Source: Fibrobacterota bacterium (GTDB lineage: Bacteria > Fibrobacterota > Fibrobacteria > UBA11236). From it: a stretch of DNA of 33,990 nucleotides. The stretch is taken from NCBI GenBank assembly GCA_043753995.1, contig JAYUVP010000081.1:1-33990 (forward strand). The letters run 5' to 3'. The notes under the pieces are model-generated. The model saw only the letters and a list, made by a program, of their open reading frames with translations. It was not told the origin of the DNA and did not search any database. Positions 33,946-33,990 of this stretch are shown one piece after another. Both the position numbers and the translations under genes were made by a program. Position 1 is the first letter of the stretch. Every line of letters starts with the position of its first letter.

Positions 33946-33990
33946 TTACATCATGTCCATTCCGCCCATGCCACCCATTCCACCCATGCC
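33946..33990 (-). CDS. groL: Chaperonin GroEL, last 14 codons (gene lies mostly outside the window)
   Basis: Reverse strand reads GMGGMGGMGGMDMM-TAA, the characteristic GGM-repeat tail, next to hrcA-grpE-dnaK-dnaJ. Confidence 0.88.
   Translation of the reverse strand, partial: GMGGMGGMGGMDMM

Noticed and set aside
1..33990. CRISPR array, rRNA, transposase or defence-system genes
   Set aside because: No regularly spaced direct repeats or matching protein motifs were seen by eye. A subtle degenerate array cannot be excluded without a repeat finder.

Overview
About 34 kb of GC-rich bacterial chromosome, mostly housekeeping genes. An FCB-group, possibly Fibrobacterota-like, origin is inferred from the group II GGGP synthase, TAnnTTTG promoter boxes and a GH53 enzyme with a basic tail, but this is not proven. 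Gene order: 5' end of rplM; GGGP synthase; alaS; three coupled minor type IV pilins (PilW-, PilX-, PilV-like, the last with a 30-Cys domain); an RmlD-like SDR with an altered catalytic motif; dnaG-rpoD; GH53 galactanase; rel, a DUF4388-like gene and a hypothetical gene; a stand-alone EF-G of the spdEFG1/mitochondrial EF-G1 type; a second, truncated DnaG-like primase divergent from murB-hypothetical-DedA; a small hypothetical gene; DinB-hisD; a lipoprotein; tRNA-Pro(UGG); a 161-bp MITE-like rod; a 59-aa protein behind a textbook sigma54 promoter; and a minus-strand cluster groEL(3' end)-hrcA-grpE-dnaK-dnaJ-NtrC-like activator. The best candidates for undescribed biology are (1) a sigma54 activator lacking the phosphoacceptor Asp at the end of the heat-shock operon, directly upstream of a sigma54-driven small protein, (2) giant minor pilins with built-in Cys-rich domains and no adjacent PilY1, and (3) an orphan short primase sharing a symmetric, apparently leaderless bidirectional promoter with murB. 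All product calls come from motif recognition by eye; no searches were run.
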